Of a stretch of DNA of 59,738 nucleotides, positions 29,301 through 37,712 are shown piece by piece. The stretch comes from a virus. Its lineage: Duplodnaviria; Caudoviricetes. The stretch is taken from positions 1 through 59,738 of the IMG/VR virus record IMGVR_UViG_3300032227_001215. One strand, given 5' to 3'. The translations under genes were made by a program, and so were the position numbers. Position 1 is the stretch's first letter. Each line of letters starts with the position of its first letter. The notes beneath the pieces were generated by a model. It did not search any database, was not told where the DNA came from, and saw nothing but the letters and a program-made list of their open reading frames with translations.

Positions 29301-30078
29301 GCATGTTAAGGTCAGTTTAGAAGTTACACCCCGTGGTACAGGTGTTAGTGGCACAATGCTACGCAACAGTTTAAAAAATGACTCTCCCGAAGATGCACTG
29401 GCAGTATGGTCCGATGCGTTTGATGTCAATCGACTTGGTGTAGATTGGATTGAACACCTAATGGATATAACCCGCAAAGGCATGGGTATTGTTGCTAAAG
29501 TAGCAGCACCCGAAAAAACAACAGAACCGGTAGCAGAAAGAATCCTATCAGCACTGACCAATCATAAAAAATCAGTGGTAGAGGATGAAGAACATCAGCT
29601 GCGCCAGCGTTTGATACGAGCCATTGCTCGTGCTACAGGATATGGAGTAGCCGAACTAAACTTACTCAGCACCGCCGAACTTCGAGATCTAGTCAAAGAA
29701 AAATCTCATCATAAACATCAGGATACAGAAGAATCCTATTGGGGAGGTCCTAGTCCGGCACAAAAGCGTTTTAATCGTGCGTTAGAAAAAGAGCGTAAAA
29801 AGAGCGAGCCCGATAGAGAACGGTTTCAGAAAGAACTAGATCGTATCATGCCGCCGCCAAAAAAGGATACCGAGCCTAAAGAAAAAGATGTAGGGGAAGG
29901 ACTTCGTGATCCCGAAGATAATCCATGTTGGAAGGGCTATAAGCCTGTTGGGACCAAAAAGAAAGGTGGTCGCACTGTACCCAACTGTGTACCAGTCAGT
30001 GAGTCAGTTGAAAACATCATGGCCGCACTGATAGATAGGATCATAGTAAATGAAGCAATACAAAATAGACAGCAGTAA
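26341..30078 (+). CDS. 1245-aa multidomain protein: pol-beta-like nucleotidyltransferase, ATP-dependent ligase-like domain and HxGH (cytidylyltransferase-like) domain
   Basis: LSGSS...GDIDTQVD; NVKIDG...EGIVI...IKV; GHRGH...MVGEDR...SGTMLR; C-terminal CWKGY...PNCVP module. Confidence 0.65.
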   Translation: MFLTEFFGKSLDIKSSSDQDHNDQEIANELFQYILDHDRLHKEYFHPLAKKISRQQQNKKENKSQLVKEFMPMVEKGCKEFYHKNKMSGKLGKVFPLDMREELCDRLYDHYCDDIKRDKYKLMEGGNLSLDNPDDPTKPHQADEINLKVHNRSFMVGLLNKMLHDISAVFQAKYKKPLWSANLLQSREFLSGSSLHFFNTNGVSDEEFAKHKPKVGDIDTQVDEKLEPEVEEFLTAMTGKQIGDTKLLGFSRGTSQFNALFQFQDPPMKIQVDFEFGGYGEETGTPDDWFKFSHSSDWNDITAGIKGVFHKYLYRALASGGSAQQAYVAKLQGRGKARGVVINPEPAEVNMLSFAVASKQGGGMSRKHVPYTDPETGESSRNGLPIVIEVDPKDRTYIQNLSEQFEMIFGRKPQGNDSQLQQSFIGTLDLINKYIKPDRKPRIVQDFLDICFEIGGQMITKDDPVRDAQTKFAAIDVMLEKLGMGNMREQAVAQAKAYEDDYHELEAFKVANPGEKQPRAAMKKAKAAQGLAEADKNKPQPAVKAQLRKGMPHLRDLKPADFLDLVDELQDSGGRFVLQNIPLNVKIDGFGGRFGKDAQGKPFMGTSRTEPKYKAGFLDYHKQKGTTDPEVLGRAANFDKLFNEMMTAVKMVDSALGPDFLVDRQVTCEVLFLPFATKTESGGLKFVGIEYDQIPQGVDLVLVPFRIVEGGSGEEIADGDAAVQQIAELGQSDNVMFMSNRLVQKQGLDVTEIVNVLDNIDELKSIVSGTAGRRDRASTDLRRQIEEKLKPVQIALERAIDEDPNIVGKDKLGSEYEGIVINSRLGPIKVTSQRQKDLITAKNTAKANARIDRGRENANKTAVVAIGSFIGHRGHQELWNYTVDKAKQLHGDPYLFIGNAEGKDDPIPPSVKVETWHQLYPQYANNISTVTQQGGSLIQKIKHELINPLPGKPPRYDNVVIMVGEDRGNLSMPQALMKAVNKFPGYEHVKVSLEVTPRGTGVSGTMLRNSLKNDSPEDALAVWSDAFDVNRLGVDWIEHLMDITRKGMGIVAKVAAPEKTTEPVAERILSALTNHKKSVVEDEEHQLRQRLIRAIARATGYGVAELNLLSTAELRDLVKEKSHHKHQDTEESYWGGPSPAQKRFNRALEKERKKSEPDRERFQKELDRIMPPPKKDTEPKEKDVGEGLRDPEDNPCWKGYKPVGTKKKGGRTVPNCVPVSESVENIMAALIDRIIVNEAIQNRQQ

Positions 30079-30358
30079 TATTCCACAGGACAGCGACGAT
30101 GACTGCTATCTTGCGCCCGATGATCCGGTAAATGAACTAAAAATCATTCAATATCTTGCTGGATTAGGATCGCAAGCCAGATTACAAGAATATCGCGCTC
30201 ACCAAAATGAAATAAATAAAGGTAGTAATATCACAGTGACAGCTATGGAAAAGGTCCGACTGATGAAAGAGCATGATATACGCCCCGGAACACCAGAATG
30301 GTTTAGGCTATGGTTTTCAAGACCGTATCTCACTAATGAGAAGCCGATAGGAAAGTAA
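30050..30358 (+). CDS. Hypothetical protein
   Basis: Packed ORF with a IRPGTPEWFRLWF C-terminus. Confidence 0.75.
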   Translation: MKQYKIDSSNIPQDSDDDCYLAPDDPVNELKIIQYLAGLGSQARLQEYRAHQNEINKGSNITVTAMEKVRLMKEHDIRPGTPEWFRLWFSRPYLTNEKPIGK

Positions 30359-30799
30359 ATGGATAAATTGATACAACTTACACGAATAGCATTCAGTACT
30401 ACCTTTAGTTTTTATATAAAGGTGCATAGTTTCCATTGGAATGTCGAAGGACCAGACTTCTACGAATATCACAAATTGTTTGAAGAAATCTACGAAGAAG
30501 TATACGGTGCCGTAGATCCATTTGCCGAAAATGTTCGCAAACTAGGTGGATATATGCCTGCCAGTTATCACACACTCAATATGCTGACCAAGATCGAAGA
30601 CGAAAATCAAGTGCCTAATCTACAACAAATGATTCAGGAGTTACTATTAGACAGTGAAAAAATTCAAATTGTGCTAAAGAAAAATTATGATCTTGCCGAA
30701 GCAGCGGGAGAGCACGGACTTAGCAACTTCTTGGCAGAGCGCATGGATGCTCATAGAAAGCATGCCTGGTTTTTGCGTTCTAGTATCAAGGGAGCATAA
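30359..30799 (+). CDS. dps: Dps / ferritin-like protein
   Basis: HSFHWNVEGPDFYEYHKLFEE, DPFAENVRKLG, HRKHAWFL. Confidence 0.9.
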   Translation: MDKLIQLTRIAFSTTFSFYIKVHSFHWNVEGPDFYEYHKLFEEIYEEVYGAVDPFAENVRKLGGYMPASYHTLNMLTKIEDENQVPNLQQMIQELLLDSEKIQIVLKKNYDLAEAAGEHGLSNFLAERMDAHRKHAWFLRSSIKGA

Positions 30800-31665
30800 T
30801 GCGTATAAGAGAACTTTTTGAAAATGAAGCTGGCGCTGCCGGACCGCTGTCTGTCCCTCCTGGTAACAAGGGAGTAGAAGTAGCCGATGTTCAAAAAGCG
30901 TTACTAGCATTAGGGGCAGCTACATCACAGGATCTTGGAAATCTCGGTCCAAAGAAGGATGGTGTAGATGGAATCATTGGCCCACTAACAGCTGGTGCAT
31001 TACGAAAATTCCAATCAGCTAGTAAATTACCCGCCAGCGGTCGTGCCGATGATGCTACCGTAGCTGCATTAAATTCTGCACTAACAGCAGGTAATATTAC
31101 CATAGTTAAATCTACCCCAGCAGATGTTGCTAGAAATGCCATGAGAGGTAAAGGACCAAGTGCCGAAGATCTTGCTGCTATACAAAGTCCTGAGTTTAAT
31201 GACAAATTAAATAAAATAGGTCAGAAACTAGGTGTAGATCCCAAAGAACTATTGAGAATTATGAAATTCGAAACCGGCGGTAGTATGAGTCCGAGCCAAA
31301 AATCTGGAACCAGTAGCGCAGTTGGACTAATTCAATTTATGCCCGATACAGCACGAGATTTGGGCACTACCACACAAGCACTGGCACAAATGTCTGCTGT
31401 AGAACAATTAGATTATGTGTATAAGTATTATAAGATGAATGGCGTTCAACCCGGCATGGGAGTAGGTGATCTTTACATGCTGACCTTTATGCCTGCTGCT
31501 ATAGATAAACCTGATGACTTTGTTCTTGGCGATGCCAACGGGGGAAAGATATTTGGCCTAAACAAAGCTAAAGTATGGCAACAAAATCCAGGATTTGGAA
31601 AAAGCCATGGTAAGAGTTATTTTACCGTAGGCGATGTTAAAAGCACTATAGAAAGGCGGGCATAA
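30799..31665 (+). CDS. Peptidoglycan-binding domain plus SLT-like lytic transglycosylase
   Basis: VQKALLALG...DGIIGPLTAGALRKFQ; catalytic IMKFETGG and AVGLIQFMPDTA. Confidence 0.85.
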   Translation: MRIRELFENEAGAAGPLSVPPGNKGVEVADVQKALLALGAATSQDLGNLGPKKDGVDGIIGPLTAGALRKFQSASKLPASGRADDATVAALNSALTAGNITIVKSTPADVARNAMRGKGPSAEDLAAIQSPEFNDKLNKIGQKLGVDPKELLRIMKFETGGSMSPSQKSGTSSAVGLIQFMPDTARDLGTTTQALAQMSAVEQLDYVYKYYKMNGVQPGMGVGDLYMLTFMPAAIDKPDDFVLGDANGGKIFGLNKAKVWQQNPGFGKSHGKSYFTVGDVKSTIERRA

Positions 31666-32030
31666 TGAGAGCCAGTGAATTTATTACAGAAAGTGGTGTC
31701 CATCAGATAAATTCGGTTCACAAAAGTGCGTTGAAAAATGCCACTACTTTCCCTGACCAGAATATGTACAATGGCAACGGCGGTAGTTATTTAAATTATC
31801 GAATGGGTATTGCACTTGCCGGTGCTCCGGAGTATCCTACCAAGGCTACCAGTTATATTGCTGGAGATCCGCTACTAGCACCCTACACAGAAGCAGAAAT
31901 GGAAATGATCAAGTATGCTGCAGGCCAAATCGGCGACAACAGCAGAAAAACTCACTCTAGTAAACGCAGTGAAGAAATGTCCGATGTTTATAAAGTGAGC
32001 CCTATATCACAGTGGAATAAAAAATCATGA
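31665..32030 (+). CDS. Hypothetical protein, probable internal head protein
   Basis: N-terminus MRASEFITE resembles the T4 capsid-targeting sequence. Confidence 0.75.
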   Translation: MRASEFITESGVHQINSVHKSALKNATTFPDQNMYNGNGGSYLNYRMGIALAGAPEYPTKATSYIAGDPLLAPYTEAEMEMIKYAAGQIGDNSRKTHSSKRSEEMSDVYKVSPISQWNKKS

Positions 32031-33784
32031 ACAACGAATTTAAAAAAATTGATCAAGGTGACGTAACCAGATATGTTTTGGAAAGTGCCAGTGGTGGTGG
32101 AACCAGTGCAGGAAATGTTGCATCTGTATCCAAGGCAATGGGCGGAGTTCAACGCAGAAGTAATCTACTAGTTCAGGATGTTAGCCCTAAACTTACTCCT
32201 CGTAGCCCCGTTGCTCATGCTGCACAAAAAGTAGCCAAGGGCAGTGGCAAACATACTGATCGCAAACAACAAAGCAAACAAGTTCGCGGTGAGAAACACA
32301 AGACCAAGGATTTTGCCGAAAATCAGGATCATGAGATCAGCATGGCCGGCAGTGAACTACACAGTATCTTCCAAAATGCCAAACAACTACACACCATGAT
32401 CAAGACCAAGAGCGAAGAGGAAGGGTTAGATGCTTGGCAACAAAGCAAGATTACCAAAGCAGCAGATTATCTCAACAGTGTGCTACAAAGCCTACAACAT
32501 GAGATCATGGGCGAAGGCGATCGCACAATGAGTCGTGCTGCCAAGGGCAACGAAAAGTATGGCAAGGATGGAATGCGGGCATTGGCCAAGGCCGGTCGTG
32601 ACGGTGCTAGTGAAAAACAGTTAGATGCTATTCGCGATAAACACGATCACTATAACGAAGAGTGGAGTCAAAAATACAAGAATTCAATCAACTGTTCGCA
32701 TCCAAAAGGATTTAGCCAAAAGGCTCATTGTGCAGGTAAACGCAAGCACAACGAAAGCATTGCTATGGAAATGACATGCCCAGATTGTGGTATGTGCAAG
32801 ACACACGGCAATAACATGATGGAAGTCAAGCAACGGTTAGATGCCAAGTGTTGGAAAGGCAAGCATAAAGAAGGTACAAAAATCAAAGGTGGCGTTAGAG
32901 TAAACAACTGTGTGCCAAATGAGGGGGTGTCAGAATCACACCTGGACGAACTAGATCGCCCAAGTGGTAAGTTATTCATTATTGTCAAAGCAGATAATGC
33001 CGGTGCTACTCATGTGTTTGGTGACTTCGGTTCGGTCCCGAGAGACGTTGTATCCAAGATCAGTAAGCGTGGAACTAGAGACAAGGCCGGAGTTAAAACC
33101 AAACTGAAAATTGATTTCTTGTTTGATGACTTTAGATCTGCTATCCAGCAATTGAGGACCATATTTAGAGATGTGGATTTTGTGGGAGCCGAGGCAGCAG
33201 AATTTATTATTCACAGTTCCGCACTACGCAGCGATCAAGGTGAAGATGTTAAGCAATTGAGAGACTATATCGAAGCCGGTGATGATCGTCGTATGACTAT
33301 GTATCAAAAGCCCGAAGAGAATGATGATGAAGAAGGTGAATTGACTGGTGGTAATTTACCACGTGCTAAAAAACCACAAACACAGATGGGTGGTAAATCT
33401 GTCGAACAACCAGGCATGACCACTTATCGTTTTAAAGATGCCAGAATCGCTCAACAACTACGTAGTATGAATTTGGGATTCAATATCAAAGGCGATAGTA
33501 TTACTGTAGATCAAAAACAAAAAGCAAAACTAATCAGCATGTTAGGCGATCGGTTTAGTGACGTGTTTACTAATAAAGAACAATTCAAAGAACAAGATAT
33601 CTATATGGAATCATTATCCACTGCTCTAGAACAAAAACTCAGTGTAAATGATACTCCCGAAGTATGGCGTGATGATTTTGAACATGCGGATCCTGTCAAA
33701 TATAAACAGTTTAGAAACAAGACTGTTGAGAAAAAACATCGCATGGCCGATGTGGCTCGCTACAGACAGATTCAGAAAAAATGA
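32027..33784 (+). CDS. Modular hypothetical protein made of short basic/Cys-containing cassettes
   Basis: 585-aa ORF with WQQSKITKAADY, WSQKYKNSINC...AHC, CPDCGMC and CWKG...NCVP modules. Confidence 0.8.
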   Translation: MNNEFKKIDQGDVTRYVLESASGGGTSAGNVASVSKAMGGVQRRSNLLVQDVSPKLTPRSPVAHAAQKVAKGSGKHTDRKQQSKQVRGEKHKTKDFAENQDHEISMAGSELHSIFQNAKQLHTMIKTKSEEEGLDAWQQSKITKAADYLNSVLQSLQHEIMGEGDRTMSRAAKGNEKYGKDGMRALAKAGRDGASEKQLDAIRDKHDHYNEEWSQKYKNSINCSHPKGFSQKAHCAGKRKHNESIAMEMTCPDCGMCKTHGNNMMEVKQRLDAKCWKGKHKEGTKIKGGVRVNNCVPNEGVSESHLDELDRPSGKLFIIVKADNAGATHVFGDFGSVPRDVVSKISKRGTRDKAGVKTKLKIDFLFDDFRSAIQQLRTIFRDVDFVGAEAAEFIIHSSALRSDQGEDVKQLRDYIEAGDDRRMTMYQKPEENDDEEGELTGGNLPRAKKPQTQMGGKSVEQPGMTTYRFKDARIAQQLRSMNLGFNIKGDSITVDQKQKAKLISMLGDRFSDVFTNKEQFKEQDIYMESLSTALEQKLSVNDTPEVWRDDFEHADPVKYKQFRNKTVEKKHRMADVARYRQIQKK

Positions 33785-34302
33785 GAATGAACGAAGTCTA
33801 TGATCCAGATAGATATGAAATACATAATCTAAAAAAACTGGATCATATCATAGTTGAACTGTGCGAAATGATTGTTCGCGGCCAGCAAAAAGAATCCAAA
33901 CACTACGGTATGGTTGCTGCCTGTGTGCTGGACCCGGACAATCGTCCTGTGTTTGGAATAAATCAACCTGCCGATGATGGAACACGAGTTCATGCCGAAC
34001 GTGTGGCCATAGATAAGTATAACAGAGAATATGGTGAAATACCCGAAGGCAGTATCATCATCACCACACTAAGTCCGTGCGACGAATTACACGATGCGAC
34101 AGCAGATGACCGATATGGAGAGAGCTGCACCGATTTAGTCAATCGTAGCCCAGTCCGTAAAGTCTACTGTGGCTATATGGATCCTAGCCAAGGCGACGAT
34201 CAACACGACGATCGTGAATTTACCCTGCTGGAAACAGCCAATCCTGATATACGCAGACTCTGCGAAAAGTTTGCTGCAACATTCTTGACAACAACATCTT
34301 AA
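33781..34302 (+). CDS. Zn-dependent deaminase (cytidine/RibD-like fold)
   Basis: VAACVL, HAE and TTLSPC-x15-C motifs. Confidence 0.8.
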   Translation: MRMNEVYDPDRYEIHNLKKLDHIIVELCEMIVRGQQKESKHYGMVAACVLDPDNRPVFGINQPADDGTRVHAERVAIDKYNREYGEIPEGSIIITTLSPCDELHDATADDRYGESCTDLVNRSPVRKVYCGYMDPSQGDDQHDDREFTLLETANPDIRRLCEKFAATFLTTTS

Positions 34303-34313
34303 TCACTTATACT
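34285..34313 (+). promoter_or_regulatory. Sigma70-type promoter TTGACA-17-TATACT
   Basis: Near-consensus boxes followed by a TAAGGAG RBS. Confidence 0.75.
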
Positions 34314-34335
34314 AGCGTATAAGGAGAACTTCACT

Positions 34336-34611
34336 ATGAGTAAAGCATACGGTGCGCCCGAACAGGCCAAGATTAAACAAATCGTGGCGGAAGGCGTTAC
34401 AGTCCTACAGGAAATTCAAGATCTAACCGAAGGGCTCAATGATACTATCAAAGCAGTAGCCGAAGAACTGGATGTCAAACCCAGTGTAATCAAAAAAGCC
34501 ATTCGTATTGCACAGAAAGATACATGGGATCAAGTATTCCGTGAGTTCGACGATCTGGAATCCATTGTGGATATCAGTGGACATGCCAATCGTCGCAAGG
34601 ACGATGAATAA
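34336..34611 (+). CDS. Small helical protein, possibly a T4 DsbA/GapR-like dsDNA-binding protein
   Basis: Coiled coil followed by AEELDVKPSVIKKAIR; resemblance by eye only. Confidence 0.55.
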   Translation: MSKAYGAPEQAKIKQIVAEGVTVLQEIQDLTEGLNDTIKAVAEELDVKPSVIKKAIRIAQKDTWDQVFREFDDLESIVDISGHANRRKDDE

Positions 34612-34613
34612 AT

Positions 34614-34913
34614 ATGATTAATACTCTGTTTGGGCCTACCGTAGAGTGGATCAGGAGTGATTATGAGTCCAATCGTTTTCGGTTTATTATGGAGTTGGTT
34701 GCTTGGGCTATTAGTATTGGGTGTGCTATTGCGATGGCTATCACAGTACCGACCTCTCCCTTTATTATTATGTACCCTTTGTGGATTACTGGTTGTGCTA
34801 TCTATGCCTGGGCTGCTTGGACTCGCCGTTCATTTGGTATGCTGGCTAACTACCTCTTGCTTGTCACCATTGATTCCACAGGCCTGGTGAGATTGTTGAT
34901 AAATACACATTGA
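34614..34913 (+). CDS. Small three-TM membrane protein
   Basis: Three hydrophobic segments. Confidence 0.75.
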   Translation: MINTLFGPTVEWIRSDYESNRFRFIMELVAWAISIGCAIAMAITVPTSPFIIMYPLWITGCAIYAWAAWTRRSFGMLANYLLLVTIDSTGLVRLLINTH

Positions 34914-34922
34914 GTAAGGTTA

Positions 34923-34971
34923 GATCAGCCACAAATGATCATTGAGGTATTTGTCTGCCACAAAAGACAAA
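34923..34971 (+). promoter_or_regulatory. Twin RNA hairpins with identical GCCACAAA loops abutting the polymerase RBS (putative translational operator)
   Basis: GATCA-GCCACAAA-TGATC and TTTGTCT-GCCACAAA-AGACAAA, then AAGGAG at 34972. Confidence 0.6.
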
Positions 34972-34983
34972 AAGGAGAAAAAT

Positions 34984-37656
34984 ATGAGTTACGTCGATGC
35001 TCGCTGGGATCGCGACCGAGATATTGTTCAGGTCGTTGAAAGAGATCCAAAAAAAGGTCGTATCTATCAAGAATACGCTGCCAGATATGTTTTCTATTAT
35101 CCAGATGCTCGAGGAAAATATCGCAGCATCCACAATGAGCCGTTGAACAGGGTAACGGCCAAAAGTTTCAAAGAATTCGTCAAAGAACAAAAGATTCACA
35201 GCAATCATCGTTTGTATGAAAGTGATATGAATCCTGCTTTTCGCTGTCTTGAAGAAAACTATCTCGGCCGAGATGCTCCAAAACTAAATGTAGCGTTCTT
35301 CGATATTGAGGTAGATTTCGATCCAGAACGTGGATATGCAGCGCCCGACGATGCATTCATGCCTATTACTGCTATTGCTGTACATCTACAATGGCTGGAC
35401 ACACTGGTATGCTTGGCTATTCCGCCTAAAACATTAACAATGGCACAGGCCACAGAACAAGTTAAAGAATTTCCCAACACTATTCTATTCGAAACTGAAT
35501 ACGAAATGTTAGATACGTTCCTTAATCTCATTGAAGATGCCGATGTTCTCAGTGGGTGGAACAGTGAAGGATTTGATATACCATATACAGTAAATAGAGT
35601 CACCAAGGTACTGAGCAAAGAGGATACTCGTAGGTTTTGTCTTTGGGATCAACTGCCTAAAAAACGCGAGTATGAAAAATACGGTAAAACTGCTGTTACA
35701 TATGATCTAGTCGGTCGAGTACATTTAGATAGTTTGGAACTTTACAGGAAATATACTTATGAAGAACGTCACACATACCGATTGGATGCCATCGGAGAAA
35801 TGGAAATTGGTGAAAACAAAACCGTCTATGAAGGATCTCTGGACCAACTCTACAACAACGACTTCCGTAAATTCATCGAATATAACCGGCAAGACTGCGC
35901 ACTTCTGGACAAACTCGACAAAAAACTCAAATTCCTGGATCTAGCCAACACCATCGCACATGAAAACACTGTGCTGCTACAGACCACAATGGGCGCTGTG
36001 GCTGTAACTGAGCAGGCCATTGTGAACGAAGCACACCACCGCGGTATGATTGTGCCCAGTAGACCCAGACGTAGCGAGGACGGATCAGATACTCAAGCAG
36101 CCGGTGCTTATGTGGCATATCCTAAAAAAGGCATCCACGACTGGATTGGCAGTATGGACATTAACAGTCTATATCCATCGGTGATTCGTGCCTTAAACAT
36201 GGGCCCGGAAACCATCATTGGTCAACTGCGCATGGATTATACCCGAGAAGAAATTGACGCTAAAATGGCCAAGGGATCCAGTTTTGCTGCTGCATGGGAA
36301 GGCAAGTTCGGCACCAACGAATACGAATTTGTCATGGCACAAGATCGTACTCATGATATTGTCGTTGATTGGGAAGATGGCCGAACTGATGTGATGAGTG
36401 GTGCTCAAATTTACGAAATGGTGTTTAATGGCAATAATCCCTGGATGATTTCAGCCAACGGCACTATCTTTACACACGAGTTCGAAGGTATTATTCCTGG
36501 CCTGCTTAAACGCTGGTATGCCGAGCGTAAGGAAATGCAGGCCAAACTGCGAGACGCAATCAAAGCGGAGAATAAAATTGAAGAAGAATACTGGGACAAA
36601 CGACAATTGGTTAAGAAAATTAATCTTAATAGTCTATACGGTGCTATCCTTAATGCTGGTTGTAGGTTCTTTGATAATCGCATCGGTCAGTCTACCACCC
36701 TTACCGGCCGTGCAATTGCCCGACATATGGCCGGTAAGATCAACGAAGTAGTAACCGGCGACTATAACCACGTTGGCAAAGCCATTATCTACGGTGATAC
36801 AGACAGTGCTTACTTTACAGCCTATACCGCACTGAAGAATGAAATTGCCAAAGGAGAAATTCCATGGGATAAAGATACTGTAGTCAAACTATATGATACA
36901 GTAGCAGAAGAAGTAAACTCAACCTTTTCAGAGTTTATGCTGGATGCATTTCATTGTCCAAAATCACGTGGTGAGGTTATCAAAGCCGGTCGAGAGATTG
37001 TTGCCATCAAGGGCCTGTTCATTACCAAAAAGCGTTATGCTGTTCTTAACTATGACAAGGAAGGCAAGCGACTGGATGTAGATGGACGGCCTGGCAAGAT
37101 CAAGGCCATGGGCTTGGATCTCAAACGCAGTGATACTCCGGAATTCATGCAGAAGTTTTTGGAAGAAGTTCTTACTCGAGTGCTGAATGGTGCCGAAGAA
37201 ACCGAAATCCTGGATATGATCACTGATTTTAGAACAGACTTTAAAACCCGCCCAGGGTGGGAAAAAGGCAGTCCTAAACGAGCCAACAACATCACCGAAT
37301 ATCAAGCTAAAGAAGCCAAACAGGGCAAAGCCAATATGCCCGGTCATGTCAGAGCCAGTATCAATTGGAACACTCTTAAACGCATGAACGGCGACAAGTA
37401 TTCAATGAATATTGTTGATGGTATGAAAGTGATTGTGTGTAAACTCAAAGACAATCCATTGGGATATACCAGTGTGGCATATCCTGTAGATGAACTGCGT
37501 TTACCTAAATGGTTCCAAGAACTGCCGTTCGACCACGGCGAAATGGAAGCCACTATCATTAACAATAAATTGGAAAATCTCATTGGAGTTCTGGATTGGG
37601 ATTTAAACTCGACTACACAGAACAATACATTTGGTAATCTTTTTTCATTCGATTAA
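34984..37656 (+). CDS. Family B DNA polymerase with 3'-5' exonuclease
   Basis: FFDIEV, GWNSEGFDIPY, YNRQD; DINSLYPS, KINLNSLYG, YGDTDS, KKRY; ATG at 34984 after AAGGAG. Confidence 0.97.
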   Translation: MSYVDARWDRDRDIVQVVERDPKKGRIYQEYAARYVFYYPDARGKYRSIHNEPLNRVTAKSFKEFVKEQKIHSNHRLYESDMNPAFRCLEENYLGRDAPKLNVAFFDIEVDFDPERGYAAPDDAFMPITAIAVHLQWLDTLVCLAIPPKTLTMAQATEQVKEFPNTILFETEYEMLDTFLNLIEDADVLSGWNSEGFDIPYTVNRVTKVLSKEDTRRFCLWDQLPKKREYEKYGKTAVTYDLVGRVHLDSLELYRKYTYEERHTYRLDAIGEMEIGENKTVYEGSLDQLYNNDFRKFIEYNRQDCALLDKLDKKLKFLDLANTIAHENTVLLQTTMGAVAVTEQAIVNEAHHRGMIVPSRPRRSEDGSDTQAAGAYVAYPKKGIHDWIGSMDINSLYPSVIRALNMGPETIIGQLRMDYTREEIDAKMAKGSSFAAAWEGKFGTNEYEFVMAQDRTHDIVVDWEDGRTDVMSGAQIYEMVFNGNNPWMISANGTIFTHEFEGIIPGLLKRWYAERKEMQAKLRDAIKAENKIEEEYWDKRQLVKKINLNSLYGAILNAGCRFFDNRIGQSTTLTGRAIARHMAGKINEVVTGDYNHVGKAIIYGDTDSAYFTAYTALKNEIAKGEIPWDKDTVVKLYDTVAEEVNSTFSEFMLDAFHCPKSRGEVIKAGREIVAIKGLFITKKRYAVLNYDKEGKRLDVDGRPGKIKAMGLDLKRSDTPEFMQKFLEEVLTRVLNGAEETEILDMITDFRTDFKTRPGWEKGSPKRANNITEYQAKEAKQGKANMPGHVRASINWNTLKRMNGDKYSMNIVDGMKVIVCKLKDNPLGYTSVAYPVDELRLPKWFQELPFDHGEMEATIINNKLENLIGVLDWDLNSTTQNNTFGNLFSFD

Positions 37657-37664
37657 ATTTTACC

Positions 37665-37693
37665 TTGACTTCGTTTTAAAATCTAAATAAAAT
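37665..37693 (+). promoter_or_regulatory. Sigma70-type promoter TTGACT-17-TAAAAT with a nested CTAAATA late-type motif
   Basis: Boxes lie in the intergenic gap before the AAGGA RBS. Confidence 0.6.
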
Positions 37694-37712
37694 AACACAA
37701 AGGAAATATATC

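Noticed and set aside
34984-37656. Intein or split in the DNA polymerase
   Set aside because: All motifs occur in one ~890-aa ORF with no intein-like insertion
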